From: Telmatocola sphagniphila
Lineage (GTDB): Bacteria; Planctomycetota; Planctomycetia; Gemmatales; Gemmataceae
DNA length: 32,000 nt
Reading direction: 5' to 3'
Assembly (NCBI RefSeq): GCF_018398935.1
Contig: NZ_CP074694.1
Coordinates: forward strand, 5,790,001-5,822,000
Both the position numbers and the translations under genes were made by a program. Every line of letters starts with the position of its first letter. The first letter of the stretch is position 1. Below are positions 1 to 8,192 of this stretch, piece after piece. The notes beneath the pieces were generated by a model. It had not been told where the DNA came from and searched no databases. It saw only the letters and a list, made by a program, of their open reading frames with translations.

Positions 1-611
1 GCCATAGCTTCATTAGCTTCTCCGATGTTGCTGTGTCGGCTCCCCCTCCGGTCCGTGGACGCATCTCTTAATAACGAGGCGTTTCGACCTTCGTAAGGGG
101 ATCTTTAGCAGATCTTTTCTCGATCAGTTCGGAATGTTGATCCAACAAGTATTGGCTGAAAAATCCCCCAAAGACCGCGCGAATCGTGTCGATGAATGCC
201 TTCCCATCTCCGCTCGTTAAAACAGTCCCTTCAAATGGATATCTTACGCTGCAAGACGCCGGAGTTGGTGCGTAAGGAAATTTGGACCCACATTTTGGCT
301 TATAATCTGATCCGCACCATCCTGGCTCAGGCGGCCAAAGAATAGATCCCCGATCCATTAGCTTTAAAGGAACCCTGCAAACGCTGGAGGCCTTTCAACA
401 AATTATTGCGATGCATACCGAAGAGAATTCCGAATTTCGCTGGGTGGTCTATCAACTGATGCTTGAGGAGATCGCCAGCCATCGCGTCGGCAATCGACCT
501 AACCGTTACGAGCCTCGTCGCAGAAAACGCAGACCCAAACCCTATGATCGACTCATGATGCCCAGAAAAGAAGCCAAACGTCTGATGGCGAAAGGAGTTA
601 GAGATAACTAA
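1..611 (+). pseudogene. IS4-family DDE transposase remnant (C-terminal part; frameshifted and stop-interrupted; 5' part decayed or off-window)
   Basis: 196-345 translates MPSHLRSLKQSLQMDILRCKTPELVRKEIWTHILAYNLIRTILAQAAKE, then TAG (343-345). Shifting frame at ~345 gives QRIDPRSISFKGTLQTLEAFQ...HRVGNRPNRYEPRRRKRRPKPYDRLMMPRKEAKR, ending at 611. The LRCKTPELV-x-EIW-x-LAYNLIR block plus the basic RVG..RP.R.EPR..KRRPK tail is the C-terminal pattern I associate with IS4-family transposases. There is a TGA at 193-195 and no clean frame in 1-195. Confidence 0.7.
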
Positions 612-900
612 GTGCCATTCGGCCTACTCACTGCCTATAGGTTGCCAGACTACCCCGAGCTATGAGGCCGGAGTACCCCACACATAGACCTATTCCGATT
701 CCTCAACTAGGCGATACAAAAGCGTCTCCGCCTTCGGTGCGTAGATGCGAATGGTCGTTTGCGGTCGGCACTCACCAGAGGCAAGCTGACTCCTGCGGGC
801 CACCAGGCCGGGCTGGCAGGTCGCCAGGGTAAACGAAGTGAGCATCGCGCCGGAAAGCTCGATGCGAATCGAATGTACGGACCTCGTCGGGCTGCACCGG

Positions 901-2043
901 TTACTGAAAGAGTTTCGGAACGAACTCGTTCAGGTATCGCTGCCAGCAGATCCAAGTGTGCCCGCCCTCGGTCTCCTGGAACTCCGGCTTCAGTTTGTGT
1001 TTCTCGAATAGGGCAACGGTCTTTTTGGTGGTGTCGAGCAGAAAGTCTTCTTTGCCGGTGGCTAGCCAGAACACCTTCAGCCCGTCTTTGGCGGCGACGA
1101 CCGCCGTCAATTTCTCCTTGTTAGCCTTCTCCCACCTTTCCCAATCTTCCGGCGTCCGGCCCGCGAAGATGCCGGAGCTGAACACCCCGACGGCCGAGTA
1201 ATCGTTCGGGTTTGCCAGGAACACTGAAAGCGTCTGCCCGCCGCCCATGCTCAGCCCGGCGATTGCCCGGTCTGCGCGGCCTGTCTTCACCCGGTACGTC
1301 TTCTCGATGTGCGGCCGGAGGTCCTTCGCGAAGTCGTCTTCGAACAGGGCGGCGGGAGTGGTGTTACCCGTCGGCCGACCGAACCCGGCGAACTTGCTGT
1401 CGTGCCCGGCCGGCATTACAACGATCATCGGCACGGCCATCTTGGCCGCTATAAGGTTGTCAAGAATGTCCGCCGACCGGCCGACCGAGGTCCAAGAATC
1501 GTCGCAGTCGCCGGCCCCGTGTAGCAGGTATAACACCGGGTATTTCTCGGTTGCTGTCTCGTATCCCGGCGGAGTGTAGACGTGAGCTCGCCGGTTCCCG
1601 CCCGTCGTCTTCGAGTGGTAAATGACCCTAGCCACAGCCCCGTGCGGCACGTCGGCGGTGTCCATAAACGCCGCGCCCGGCACGCGAACCAGGCTCCAAG
1701 TGTTTCCAAACGACTCGCTGGTCGAAGGGTTCCGCGGGTCCACCACCGGCACCCCGTCCACTTCGATCCGGTACCGATAAGTGCCTGGGGACACGTCCAG
1801 GGTGAGTTCCCACAGGTCGCCCTCGCCCTTCTTCATCGCCCGCGATCCTTGGCCGCCACCAGGGATGTCGGAACTTGACAGCCCTACCTTCTCGGCTTTG
1901 GGGGCACGGAGTCGGAATGTCACCGTCTTATCTTTTACTTCCGGCGATATGTACGACTGCGGGCCTTGCCGCGGCTGGGCGGTCGCAGGGCCTGCCGCCG
2001 CCAAGACAAACGTGAGGCCAAGCAGAGATAGCGATCTGGTCAT
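901..2043 (-). CDS. secreted esterase (esterase-D / enterochelin-esterase-type fold, CE1-like) with N-terminal E-set/CBM48-like domain
   Basis: 380-aa ORF with signal peptide MTRSLSLLGLTFVLAAAGPATA. The N-domain reads TFRLRAPKAEKV...YRYRIEVDGVPVVDPRN. Alpha/beta-hydrolase motifs are LHGAGDCDDSW and the nucleophile elbow GLSMGG. Confidence 0.85.
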   Translation of the reverse strand: MTRSLSLLGLTFVLAAAGPATAQPRQGPQSYISPEVKDKTVTFRLRAPKAEKVGLSSSDIPGGGQGSRAMKKGEGDLWELTLDVSPGTYRYRIEVDGVPVVDPRNPSTSESFGNTWSLVRVPGAAFMDTADVPHGAVARVIYHSKTTGGNRRAHVYTPPGYETATEKYPVLYLLHGAGDCDDSWTSVGRSADILDNLIAAKMAVPMIVVMPAGHDSKFAGFGRPTGNTTPAALFEDDFAKDLRPHIEKTYRVKTGRADRAIAGLSMGGGQTLSVFLANPNDYSAVGVFSSGIFAGRTPEDWERWEKANKEKLTAVVAAKDGLKVFWLATGKEDFLLDTTKKTVALFEKHKLKPEFQETEGGHTWICWQRYLNEFVPKLFQ

Positions 2044-2182
2044 GAGAGGTTCCTCGGAAATGAAAAAGGGCGATTATTCGGTCATTTGGTGGGCTGGAAC
2101 AGCAGCGGGGCGAACCCGTAGAAGTGATTCTTCCAAGTGGCCCCTTCGTGCCCCTCTTTGGGGTCAGCGTTGCGGTCCGAAC

Positions 2183-2473
2183 TCAGCCGTCGGCCCGGTC
2201 CGATATGCGTGCGATGAGCCCCCTCTTCTCTATGAGTAGGCGCATGGCCCGGACGGTTTTCGGGTCGGCAATGGCCCGGCAGGCGAGGCCCCGCTGGGTA
2301 ACCACCCCCCCGTCAGCGAGAGCGGCCAGGAACACGAACTGTTCGGCCGTCACCCCGTGCCGAGCGAACTGGGCGTCGGGCCGGCGGTGCTACGCCAAGT
2401 ACTCGGTCCGTAAGGCCATCGCGATTTCGTCCCCGGTTACCGTTCCAACGGTCCATTTTGTACGTATACGCAC
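2183..2473 (-). pseudogene. MarR-family winged-HTH regulator remnant (in-frame TAG, premature TGA)
   Basis: My own minus-strand translation from GTG 2473 is VRIRTKWTVGTVTGDEIAMALRTEYLA*(TAG = 2390-2392)HRRPDAQFARHGVTAEQFVFLAALADGGVVTQRGLACRAIADPKTVRAMRLLIEKRGLIARISDRADG*(TGA = 2183-2185). It continues VRTATLTPKRG after the stop. The pattern GxTxxQFxxLxxL..G..tQ..LA.....D..TV.R.l..LeKrGLI.R..D..D.R....LT..G is the MarR wHTH and wing. No intact ORF is listed on this strand; the listed + ORF 2124-2570 is its antisense. Confidence 0.5.
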
Positions 2474-2861
2474 AAGCTGCAGTAGAATTTACTGGCCCAG
2501 CGGGATCGGTACAATCGAAAAATATTTTCAGATACTCTGCCGAAACGCACCGACGCAGACCACTTCGTGATGCTCAACTGGCCGCGTTGGTTCAGAGCGT
2601 AGGAGAAACAAGTTATTTCTTGGGCAATTGATCGACTTAGGTCACACCGCAGGCCTCAGGCAGTCCCACTGCGTTGAGTCGTTTCCACGGCCGATGCATC
2701 GGCGTCAGGCGGGCATGGGGGGACAAGTTCGGACCGCGCCCGACTCACTGGACGAAGCCCGTCCAAAACCCGCTCAGGTCCGAGACGCCGCTGGTTCAAT
2801 GACCAACACAAATAAGCTCTGTGCGTTTGGTCGCAGTGGACCACGAGCATCTTTATTTCCA

Positions 2862-3143
2862 TTAAGCCCCCGCAGTGATTGGAAAAACACATTCCCCCCT
2901 CACTACGACCTGATTCACGTCCGTTAGAAAGAAGTTTATGAACGTCCCAACCGGAATGTTGTCCACGATCGAAGTGGAAGTGGGTGGCAAAACCTTGGCG
3001 ACAATGTCTCCACCATCATTCGCATGTTTCGTCGAGATGACCTGTATGCGATAAGCTTCCCCATCACTGAAACATACAATTGCATCCTCGGCAGAGTGCT
3101 CTAAGATGCGCAGAACAGAAATTAAGCTCGCTTCATACGCCAC
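2862..3143 (-). CDS. hypothetical small protein (93 aa) in lower-GC insert
   Basis: The ORF has a GTG start and sits in a compositionally distinct stretch (~2570-3290). I recognise no motif. A 28-aa ORF (3133-3219, minus) overlaps its start. Confidence 0.3.
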   Translation of the reverse strand: MAYEASLISVLRILEHSAEDAIVCFSDGEAYRIQVISTKHANDGGDIVAKVLPPTSTSIVDNIPVGTFINFFLTDVNQVVVRGECVFPITAGA

Positions 3144-3285
3144 TCAACTCCCCCTTGGCCTTCAGCGGCTTACAGTAGCGTTCGGCTTCCGAATTCGTGC
3201 ATTTTTCCTTCCTGCTCATTATCACTGGATCTCTTGGAGGACAACACCCAGTTCCGAACAACATTAGCGGCACGCAGTATCCATG

Positions 3286-4347
3286 TTATTTTCCAGCCTT
3301 GAATAATTCCTGGAAGCGGGCAGCCGCCCTCGGGAACTCGGTGCCGTCCTTCAGACCTTTCTCGCCGTCGCCGGGCGAAAGCTGGTGGCGGTGGTCATCG
3401 CCGGGTACGTTCACATCGAAATAGCAGTGGAAGAGGACGTTGTTCGTGGGATCATTGACAAATGCGTGCATGCGTTCAATGAAATGCGGGTTGTCGCCGC
3501 CGCCATGTCCATCCTTCCGGCGGTTGAGTCCCCACTCGGGGATCGCCAGGAGTTTTTTGTGGTCTTTGGCGAACTTCGTCCAGAACACCAAGCCGCGCGG
3601 ACTGCCCATGATCCACTCGGTCCAGACCTTTTTCTGCCGGGCGAGGATTACGTCGTCGGTCGCGCCTTTCGCCCACGGATAGGTATCCTTATTCCAAGTC
3701 TCGTCGTAAACATCGATGCCAACAATATCGACGAACTCATCCCCGGGCCATGCTTCGTCGGCAGGAAAATCTTGGTCGCCAAGCGTGGGGTTCCAGCAGA
3801 ACAAAATCTTCCCTGTGCCGGGCACGGCACGCATAGTCTTTACAATCTGCCGCCAGTATTCGGCGAAAAGCTTCGCCTTGTCCTTGGCCCCCCAGGCGTA
3901 CCACCCCCCGTTGAACTCCCAGCCAGGTCGAAGGATGACGTCCCCGAGCTTGTGCGCCACCAGGTTCTCAGCGAGTTGCTTAAAATGGTGGTTGTACGTT
4001 CCGGCGGCGCCCTTCTCAAGTGACACGGGAACTTTGAGGTCCTTAGTGCCCTGCACGGGGCCGCTGCGGTCGGCGGGACCGGCAAGTATCGGCACTGCGA
4101 GCACTAACCGCCGGCCAGGCTTGGCGTGGACCCACGGACCCCATTCCTTCAGCCACCAGGTGGGCCATTGGACGTTGTCCCACGATTCGCCGCCGATGAA
4201 ATCCTCGCCCCAGACGCTGGGCCGGTCCAGCCACTTTGCAAAAGCATCCACGTTCGCGGTGCCGTTGGCCCAGCGATAGACCCCCAGCGCCGGTTCTGCG
4301 GCCGTCGCTGGCGTGCCTAAGAGTAACAACAGGATCATCGGTCGCAT
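3286..4347 (-). CDS. secreted glycoside hydrolase, clan GH-A, GH26-like (beta-mannanase family pattern)
   Basis: The ORF runs 3286-4422. The internal ATG at 4347 yields signal peptide MRPMILLLLLGTPATAAEP. RPGWEFNGGWYAWG resembles the GH26 acid/base motif (E-x-N-G-x-W-x-W-G), and LLAIPEWGLN resembles the nucleophile Glu motif. Confidence 0.6.
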   Translation of the reverse strand: MRPMILLLLLGTPATAAEPALGVYRWANGTANVDAFAKWLDRPSVWGEDFIGGESWDNVQWPTWWLKEWGPWVHAKPGRRLVLAVPILAGPADRSGPVQGTKDLKVPVSLEKGAAGTYNHHFKQLAENLVAHKLGDVILRPGWEFNGGWYAWGAKDKAKLFAEYWRQIVKTMRAVPGTGKILFCWNPTLGDQDFPADEAWPGDEFVDIVGIDVYDETWNKDTYPWAKGATDDVILARQKKVWTEWIMGSPRGLVFWTKFAKDHKKLLAIPEWGLNRRKDGHGGGDNPHFIERMHAFVNDPTNNVLFHCYFDVNVPGDDHRHQLSPGDGEKGLKDGTEFPRAAARFQELFKAGK

Positions 4348-4481
4348 GACACTCTCCCGTAAGTTGCGATTCATTGTCCGCACTATGCGGTTTCTGTAAC
4401 AGTTGTTCGAACGCGCGGTCACGGGCTGTAGGATTTGCCTGACGATTACTGGATACTATACGTGAGTGGCAGAGTTACTCT

Positions 4482-5237
4482 TCACCTCTGCAATACCTCG
4501 GAGTGTTCTTGAAATAACCGCACGAAGTCGTCTAGTTCCTGCTCATTCAAGTCCGATATCACCCAATAGGACATGCCGGCCCGCTGCCAGTAACGGATGT
4601 TATATCCCTGCCGGGCCAGCCCCAGCACTGCTTTCTCGTTTTCGTCGCCTGCGGGCCAAGTGAACAGGTTTATGACATGAAAGCGGCGGTAGTAGACGAG
4701 GGCGGCGACCGGTCGATCAGTCAGGTAATCCAAACGACCACCAGCAAGCGAGTATCCCTGCGGGGTCAAATCGGCGACTTGCGGAGAGAAGTCTAGCTTT
4801 CCCCGGAACCAGGGTTTCACAGTGTGCCGGTCGGTGGACGGCATGTCCGTCAAATGATTAACCTGAAGTGAACGGACGTGACCGGCTACTACCGACTCCG
4901 CGAATCGGTCATCGGCGGACGTTCCTGTCCGGGACAAGATCATACCGACGGTGGCGGACACCCCGATCAGGAATAAGACTCCCGCGGCGAGGACAGCGCG
5001 GCGTGGGGACCGTCTTTGCTTGGGAAAGGGGAGTTGAACGCGAGCGCGTAGTCTGGCCGGAGCTCGGTGGTATAGCGATGCGGACGAGACCGTCGCTCGA
5101 AGTGACTGCAGATGCTTCACTTGAACGGAGCATTCCTGGCATCCCGACAAATGTTCTTCGATTTCAACGTGCCGAACCAAGTCCAGTTCGTCGTCGGAAT
5201 AAGGGTGGAGCAGGACTTGGACTTCTTGACAATTCAT
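4482..5237 (-). CDS. membrane anti-sigma factor with zf-HC2 (ZAS-type H-x3-C-x2-C) domain
   Basis: 251 aa. Its start overlaps the sigma-factor stop (ATGA at 5234-5237). The N-terminus is MNCQEVQ...EEHLSGCQECS. There is one TM helix, AVLAAGVLFLIGVSATVGMIL, followed by an extracytoplasmic C-domain. Confidence 0.85.
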   Translation of the reverse strand: MNCQEVQVLLHPYSDDELDLVRHVEIEEHLSGCQECSVQVKHLQSLRATVSSASLYHRAPARLRARVQLPFPKQRRSPRRAVLAAGVLFLIGVSATVGMILSRTGTSADDRFAESVVAGHVRSLQVNHLTDMPSTDRHTVKPWFRGKLDFSPQVADLTPQGYSLAGGRLDYLTDRPVAALVYYRRFHVINLFTWPAGDENEKAVLGLARQGYNIRYWQRAGMSYWVISDLNEQELDDFVRLFQEHSEVLQR

Positions 5238-5758
5238 TTCGGCTCCCCTTCGGGGCTAGCTGTCAGCAGTCGGTGAAGTTGATGGCGACCTCGGGAAAGT
5301 CGCGACATGACCGTGCCGATTGGAACTTCTGTTACGGCCGCGATCTCCTGGTAACTCAATCCTTCGAGTTCGCGCAGTACGATCACCTCCCGCAGTTGCG
5401 GTGCTAATTCTTCCAGCGCCTGCCGGACGAGGGCTTCCTCGCACTTACGAATGGCCAGGAAAACGGGATTCGATGATTCGTCGCCCCGATCGTGAATGTC
5501 TTCACTGTAGAGCAGAGTTCCTGGCGACCGCTGCTTGGACAGCCAGTCGAAGGATGCCCGGCGAACCACACCCAAGAGCCACGCGCGACCGTCTCCTCCT
5601 CGAAAACTCCCAAAGTACCGCGCAGCACGAAGGAAGGCTTCCTGGACGACGTCCTCGGCTGCATGTTCGTCCTGGGTCAACCACCGGGCCAGGTTGTAGG
5701 CGGCATCCAGGTGTGGCAGTGTGGCTTGTTCAAACTGCCGCCGCTCAGGGAGTTCCAA
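5234..5758 (-). CDS. ECF (sigma-70 family, group IV) RNA polymerase sigma factor
   Basis: 174 aa. Region 2 reads DVVQEAFLRAARYF. The region 4 HTH reads LSYQEIAAVTEVPIGTVMSRLSRGRHQL. It is translationally coupled to the downstream anti-sigma gene. Confidence 0.9.
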   Translation of the reverse strand: MELPERRQFEQATLPHLDAAYNLARWLTQDEHAAEDVVQEAFLRAARYFGSFRGGDGRAWLLGVVRRASFDWLSKQRSPGTLLYSEDIHDRGDESSNPVFLAIRKCEEALVRQALEELAPQLREVIVLRELEGLSYQEIAAVTEVPIGTVMSRLSRGRHQLHRLLTASPEGEPK

Positions 5759-5797
5759 CTGCTTAAGAGCCTTTCAAGTCAGGCGGCGATCATTCAT

Positions 5798-5825
5798 GGA
5801 ATTTCCGACACAGTATTCTACCGTC
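5798..5825 (+). promoter_or_regulatory. candidate ECF-type promoter (GGAAT-N19-CGTC) upstream of the phosphoesterase gene
   Basis: GGAAT lies at 5798-5802 and CGTC at 5822-5825, in the divergent intergenic region between the ECF sigma gene and the 5962 gene. The spacer is slightly longer than typical ECF promoters. Confidence 0.2.
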
Positions 5826-5961
5826 GGAGAAGCCCATTTATTCCCAAAGGCACTTTCTTTTTGGCGGAAGGAATATTTAGACCAGAAAGCCGGTAAGGAT
5901 CTGCGAGCCCCTTTGCGCGTGCAACAGGGGCGATTCAAATACCAACCAGGAGGTCAGAATC

Positions 5962-6924
5962 ATGCAGAATGTAAACAAAACGCTTCGACAAGAACCCCCG
6001 TCCGCCGATGGCATCGACCGCCGGGGGATGCTCCAGTGCATGGCGTGGGTAGGCACCGGACTGGTCTGGAGTGTGGCGGGCGGGGTGGCTACTTCACGCG
6101 TTTTCGGCCAGAAACCGACTGTGAAACCGACGTTCTCGTTCGTTCAGATCAGCGACAGCCACCTCGGGTTCGCCCGCGACCCGAACAAAGATGTTGCTGG
6201 CACGCTCCAGCAGACGATCGCCCGGATCAACGCTCTTGCTGAACCGCCCGCTTTTGTTCTGCATACGGGTGACCTGACGCACCTCGCCAAGCCGGCCGAA
6301 TTCGATGCCGTGGCGGAACTCCTCAAGGAAGTCAAAGCCAGTAAGGTGCTCTACGTCCCCGGCGAACACGATTTCGACGGGGACGGCAACCAGGAGTACT
6401 TGAAACGGTATGGGAAAGGCACGGAGGGAAGGGGGTGGTACAGTTTCGACCACCAAGGGGTCCACTTCATCGGCCTCGTCAACGTGGCGAACTCCAAATC
6501 GGGCAGTGGCGGCGGACTGGGTGTTATCGGAAAGGAACAATTAGAGTGGCTGGAGAAGGACGCGGCCGGACTCAAGGACAGTAACCCTATCGTCGTGTTC
6601 GCCCACGTCCCGCTCTGGATGGTCCACGAGAAATGGGGCTGGGGCACGAGAGACTCCGAGCAGGCGCTCAAGATCCTAAAGCGGTTCGGTTCGCTCACGG
6701 TACTCAACGGCCACATTCACCAGGTGTTGCAGAAAGTGGAAGGGAAGGTGACCTTCCACTCCGCCCGCTCGACCGCGTTTCCTCAATCGGAGCCCGGTAA
6801 GGGAACGCCGGGGCCGATCCGCGACCTTGCGGCCGGGAAACTCAAATCGACGTTGGGGTTGTCAGAGGTCCTCTACGTGGCGGGAAACAGTTCGCTCGCT
6901 ATCGTGGATTCTACGCTCGAATAA
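5962..6924 (+). CDS. Tat-exported metallophosphoesterase (calcineurin-like; CpdA/GpdQ-type phosphodiesterase pattern)
   Basis: AGGAGG lies 8 nt upstream of the ATG. The twin-arginine signal is IDRRGMLQCMAWVGTGL. Metal-ligand motifs are ISDSHLG, HTGDLTH, VPGEHD, FAHVP and NGHIH. Confidence 0.85.
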   Translation: MQNVNKTLRQEPPSADGIDRRGMLQCMAWVGTGLVWSVAGGVATSRVFGQKPTVKPTFSFVQISDSHLGFARDPNKDVAGTLQQTIARINALAEPPAFVLHTGDLTHLAKPAEFDAVAELLKEVKASKVLYVPGEHDFDGDGNQEYLKRYGKGTEGRGWYSFDHQGVHFIGLVNVANSKSGSGGGLGVIGKEQLEWLEKDAAGLKDSNPIVVFAHVPLWMVHEKWGWGTRDSEQALKILKRFGSLTVLNGHIHQVLQKVEGKVTFHSARSTAFPQSEPGKGTPGPIRDLAAGKLKSTLGLSEVLYVAGNSSLAIVDSTLE

Positions 6925-7244
6925 CCTCCCCGTTCGGACGGGAATACTCATCACTTCCGGCTCATATCCTCGGCTGGATCATCGTCGCGAACTTGCCTCG
7001 CCAGTCCAGCCGTTTGTGGGGTTCGTAACCTCACAGTAGGCTTCTACTGGCAAAAGTTTTGTCACTAAGAATTCCGTTCAATACTTGCTGCGAATGGGAC
7101 GAGCAGCGATTTTGATAGGCTCGCCGGTACTTCAGCTAGGCATGGGATGGATTTGGGCCATATTTGGGGACGTCGGTCTGGCCAGTCCACCAATCTGTAT
7201 TAACGATAATACAAAATAGAGACTCTAACACCAAGATCTCGCGA

Positions 7245-7544
7245 CTACCCTATCTCGTCCCGGAGATCCCGTAATTCTTTCATCATTTGAGAGATCTTGT
7301 TTATGTTTCGTCTGACTTTTCGAAGATTTTCGCCATTTTTCACTCGTAGAAGCCCGTTCCGGGCTGATTCTGCCTTCCCTTGGGAGGTTTTCGGGCCTGT
7401 CGACAACAACCAGGGCTTCACCCGGTAAATGGCCAATCGAAGCTTGGCCTTACCAATAGAAGAGATTGGTCCACGCTTGGATCTGTTGAGTTTTCCTGCG
7501 GCTACACGCTTGGGGTTGGGGCTCTTTTTCGGGGGTGTTTCCAT
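7245..7544 (-). CDS. hypothetical basic protein (99 aa) with duplicated GP-x-[ST]-x-x-GKA...RVK motif
   Basis: The ORF shows an internal repeat, RGPISSIGKAKLRLAIYRVK / TGPKTSQGKAESARNGLLRVK, and a charged helical C-terminus. It is the last gene of a three-gene minus-strand cluster. Confidence 0.55.
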   Translation of the reverse strand: METPPKKSPNPKRVAAGKLNRSKRGPISSIGKAKLRLAIYRVKPWLLSTGPKTSQGKAESARNGLLRVKNGENLRKVRRNINKISQMMKELRDLRDEIG

Positions 7545-7604
7545 TGGGAAATTTCTCGTACTTAATTGTTCGATGCCAAAAAAATCAAAAAAAACTAACT
7601 TTAG

Positions 7605-7640
7605 CTAAAAAATGCCGGCCCTCCCCTAGAGTGGGCCGGT
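7605..7640 (-). terminator. rho-independent terminator after the 7647-8192 gene
   Basis: The minus-strand RNA forms CCGGCCC / 11-nt loop / GGGCCGG (7615-7621 pairing with 7633-7639), followed by CAUUUUUUAG. It starts 7 nt past the stop codon. Confidence 0.6.
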
Positions 7641-7646
7641 TGGAGG

Positions 7647-8192
7647 TCAAGCGACCTTGGCTACACTCAGCTTGGGCTTTGCGTGGTGGGCTTTCGGGGA
7701 TTTCCTTGATCGAATCGTCTCGATCGTGCGACGAAGTTCGCTGTTCAGCCTATTAGAGGCGGTATTCAAGATTTTCGTTGCGTCGTGTGACTGCGATTTG
7801 ATCGCATCGCAGCGCAAGATCGACAGCTGCAGGTGCATGAACGCAGCTTGCTCGATCAGGATCTTCTCTAGCGGGTCACTCGGGTTCCCAGCTTCTGCAA
7901 TCAGCCGATCCAGGTAGCAACGAATGGTGTCGACATCGAATGCGCTTTTGGCTGCGAGAGCGACGGACATCTGGTGCGGGACGAACAGCTTCATCAACAC
8001 ATCTGCGTAGTGAGCAGATCTCTGACTCTGCAAGTGCTTATCTTCGTCGAGACCGGCTGGTGGTGGTTCTGAAGGCTCAGTCCGTTCCTGAGGCCCTGGT
8101 GTCGCCTGCTCCGCGGACTCCGGGCCTCCAGATCGAGGTGCTCCCGAAAGGTTCGGATCAGTGCTCTGTTCCGTAGGTTTTGGTTTTTTCAT
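7647..8192 (-). CDS. hypothetical protein (181 aa); P/E/S-rich N-terminus, helical C-half
   Basis: The ORF overlaps the upstream ORF by 4 nt (ATGA at 8189-8192). The C-half contains LEKILIEQAAFMHLQLSILR. No catalytic motif is recognised. Confidence 0.6.
   Translation of the reverse strand: MKKPKPTEQSTDPNLSGAPRSGGPESAEQATPGPQERTEPSEPPPAGLDEDKHLQSQRSAHYADVLMKLFVPHQMSVALAAKSAFDVDTIRCYLDRLIAEAGNPSDPLEKILIEQAAFMHLQLSILRCDAIKSQSHDATKILNTASNRLNSELRRTIETIRSRKSPKAHHAKPKLSVAKVA

Noticed and set aside
68-358. 96-aa ORF on the minus strand at the window start
   Set aside because: It is antisense to the clearly transposase-like + strand reading frames (LRCKTPELVRKEIWTHILAYNLIR...) and has no motif of its own.
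707-1201. Arg/Pro-rich ORFs 707-955(-), 759-1124(+) and 956-1201(+) around the esterase 3' end
   Set aside because: Their composition is typical of off-frame translation of GC-rich DNA, and they overlap the well-supported esterase gene. A third minus frame (IRIELSGAMLTSFTLATCQPGLVARR..., ~51 aa from its Met) looks slightly more protein-like. It is too short and unsupported to call.
2124-2570. 148-aa + strand ORF
   Set aside because: It is antisense to the MarR-like reading frame, which carries a convincing wHTH pattern. The + strand translation is low-complexity Ser/Arg/Ala-rich.
2895-2903. 9-nt exact match (CCCCCTCAC) to the tRNA-Lys 3' end, with patchy similarity around it (AAAAA upstream; CGA..CC..TGATT downstream), considered as a decayed distal att site
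   Set aside because: A 9-mer match is expected by chance at an appreciable rate in 64 kb of two-strand sequence, and the flanking similarity needs several indels. It is worth a formal alignment but does not support a boundary call.
3385-4320. Several nested ORFs (3385-4023+, 3716-4279+, 3840-4085-, 4043-4234- and others) inside the GH26-like gene
   Set aside because: These are shadow ORFs in GC-rich coding DNA. Only the 3286-4347 minus frame has a signal peptide and catalytic motifs.
7014-7034. tRNA T-arm-like hairpin (7-bp stem, loop TTCGTAA) exactly at the GC transition, considered as a tRNA/att remnant
   Set aside because: The loop has T where the invariant A58 should be, no matching acceptor or anticodon arm lies upstream, and its orientation is opposite to tRNA-Lys. 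It is more simply a stem-loop downstream of the phosphoesterase gene.
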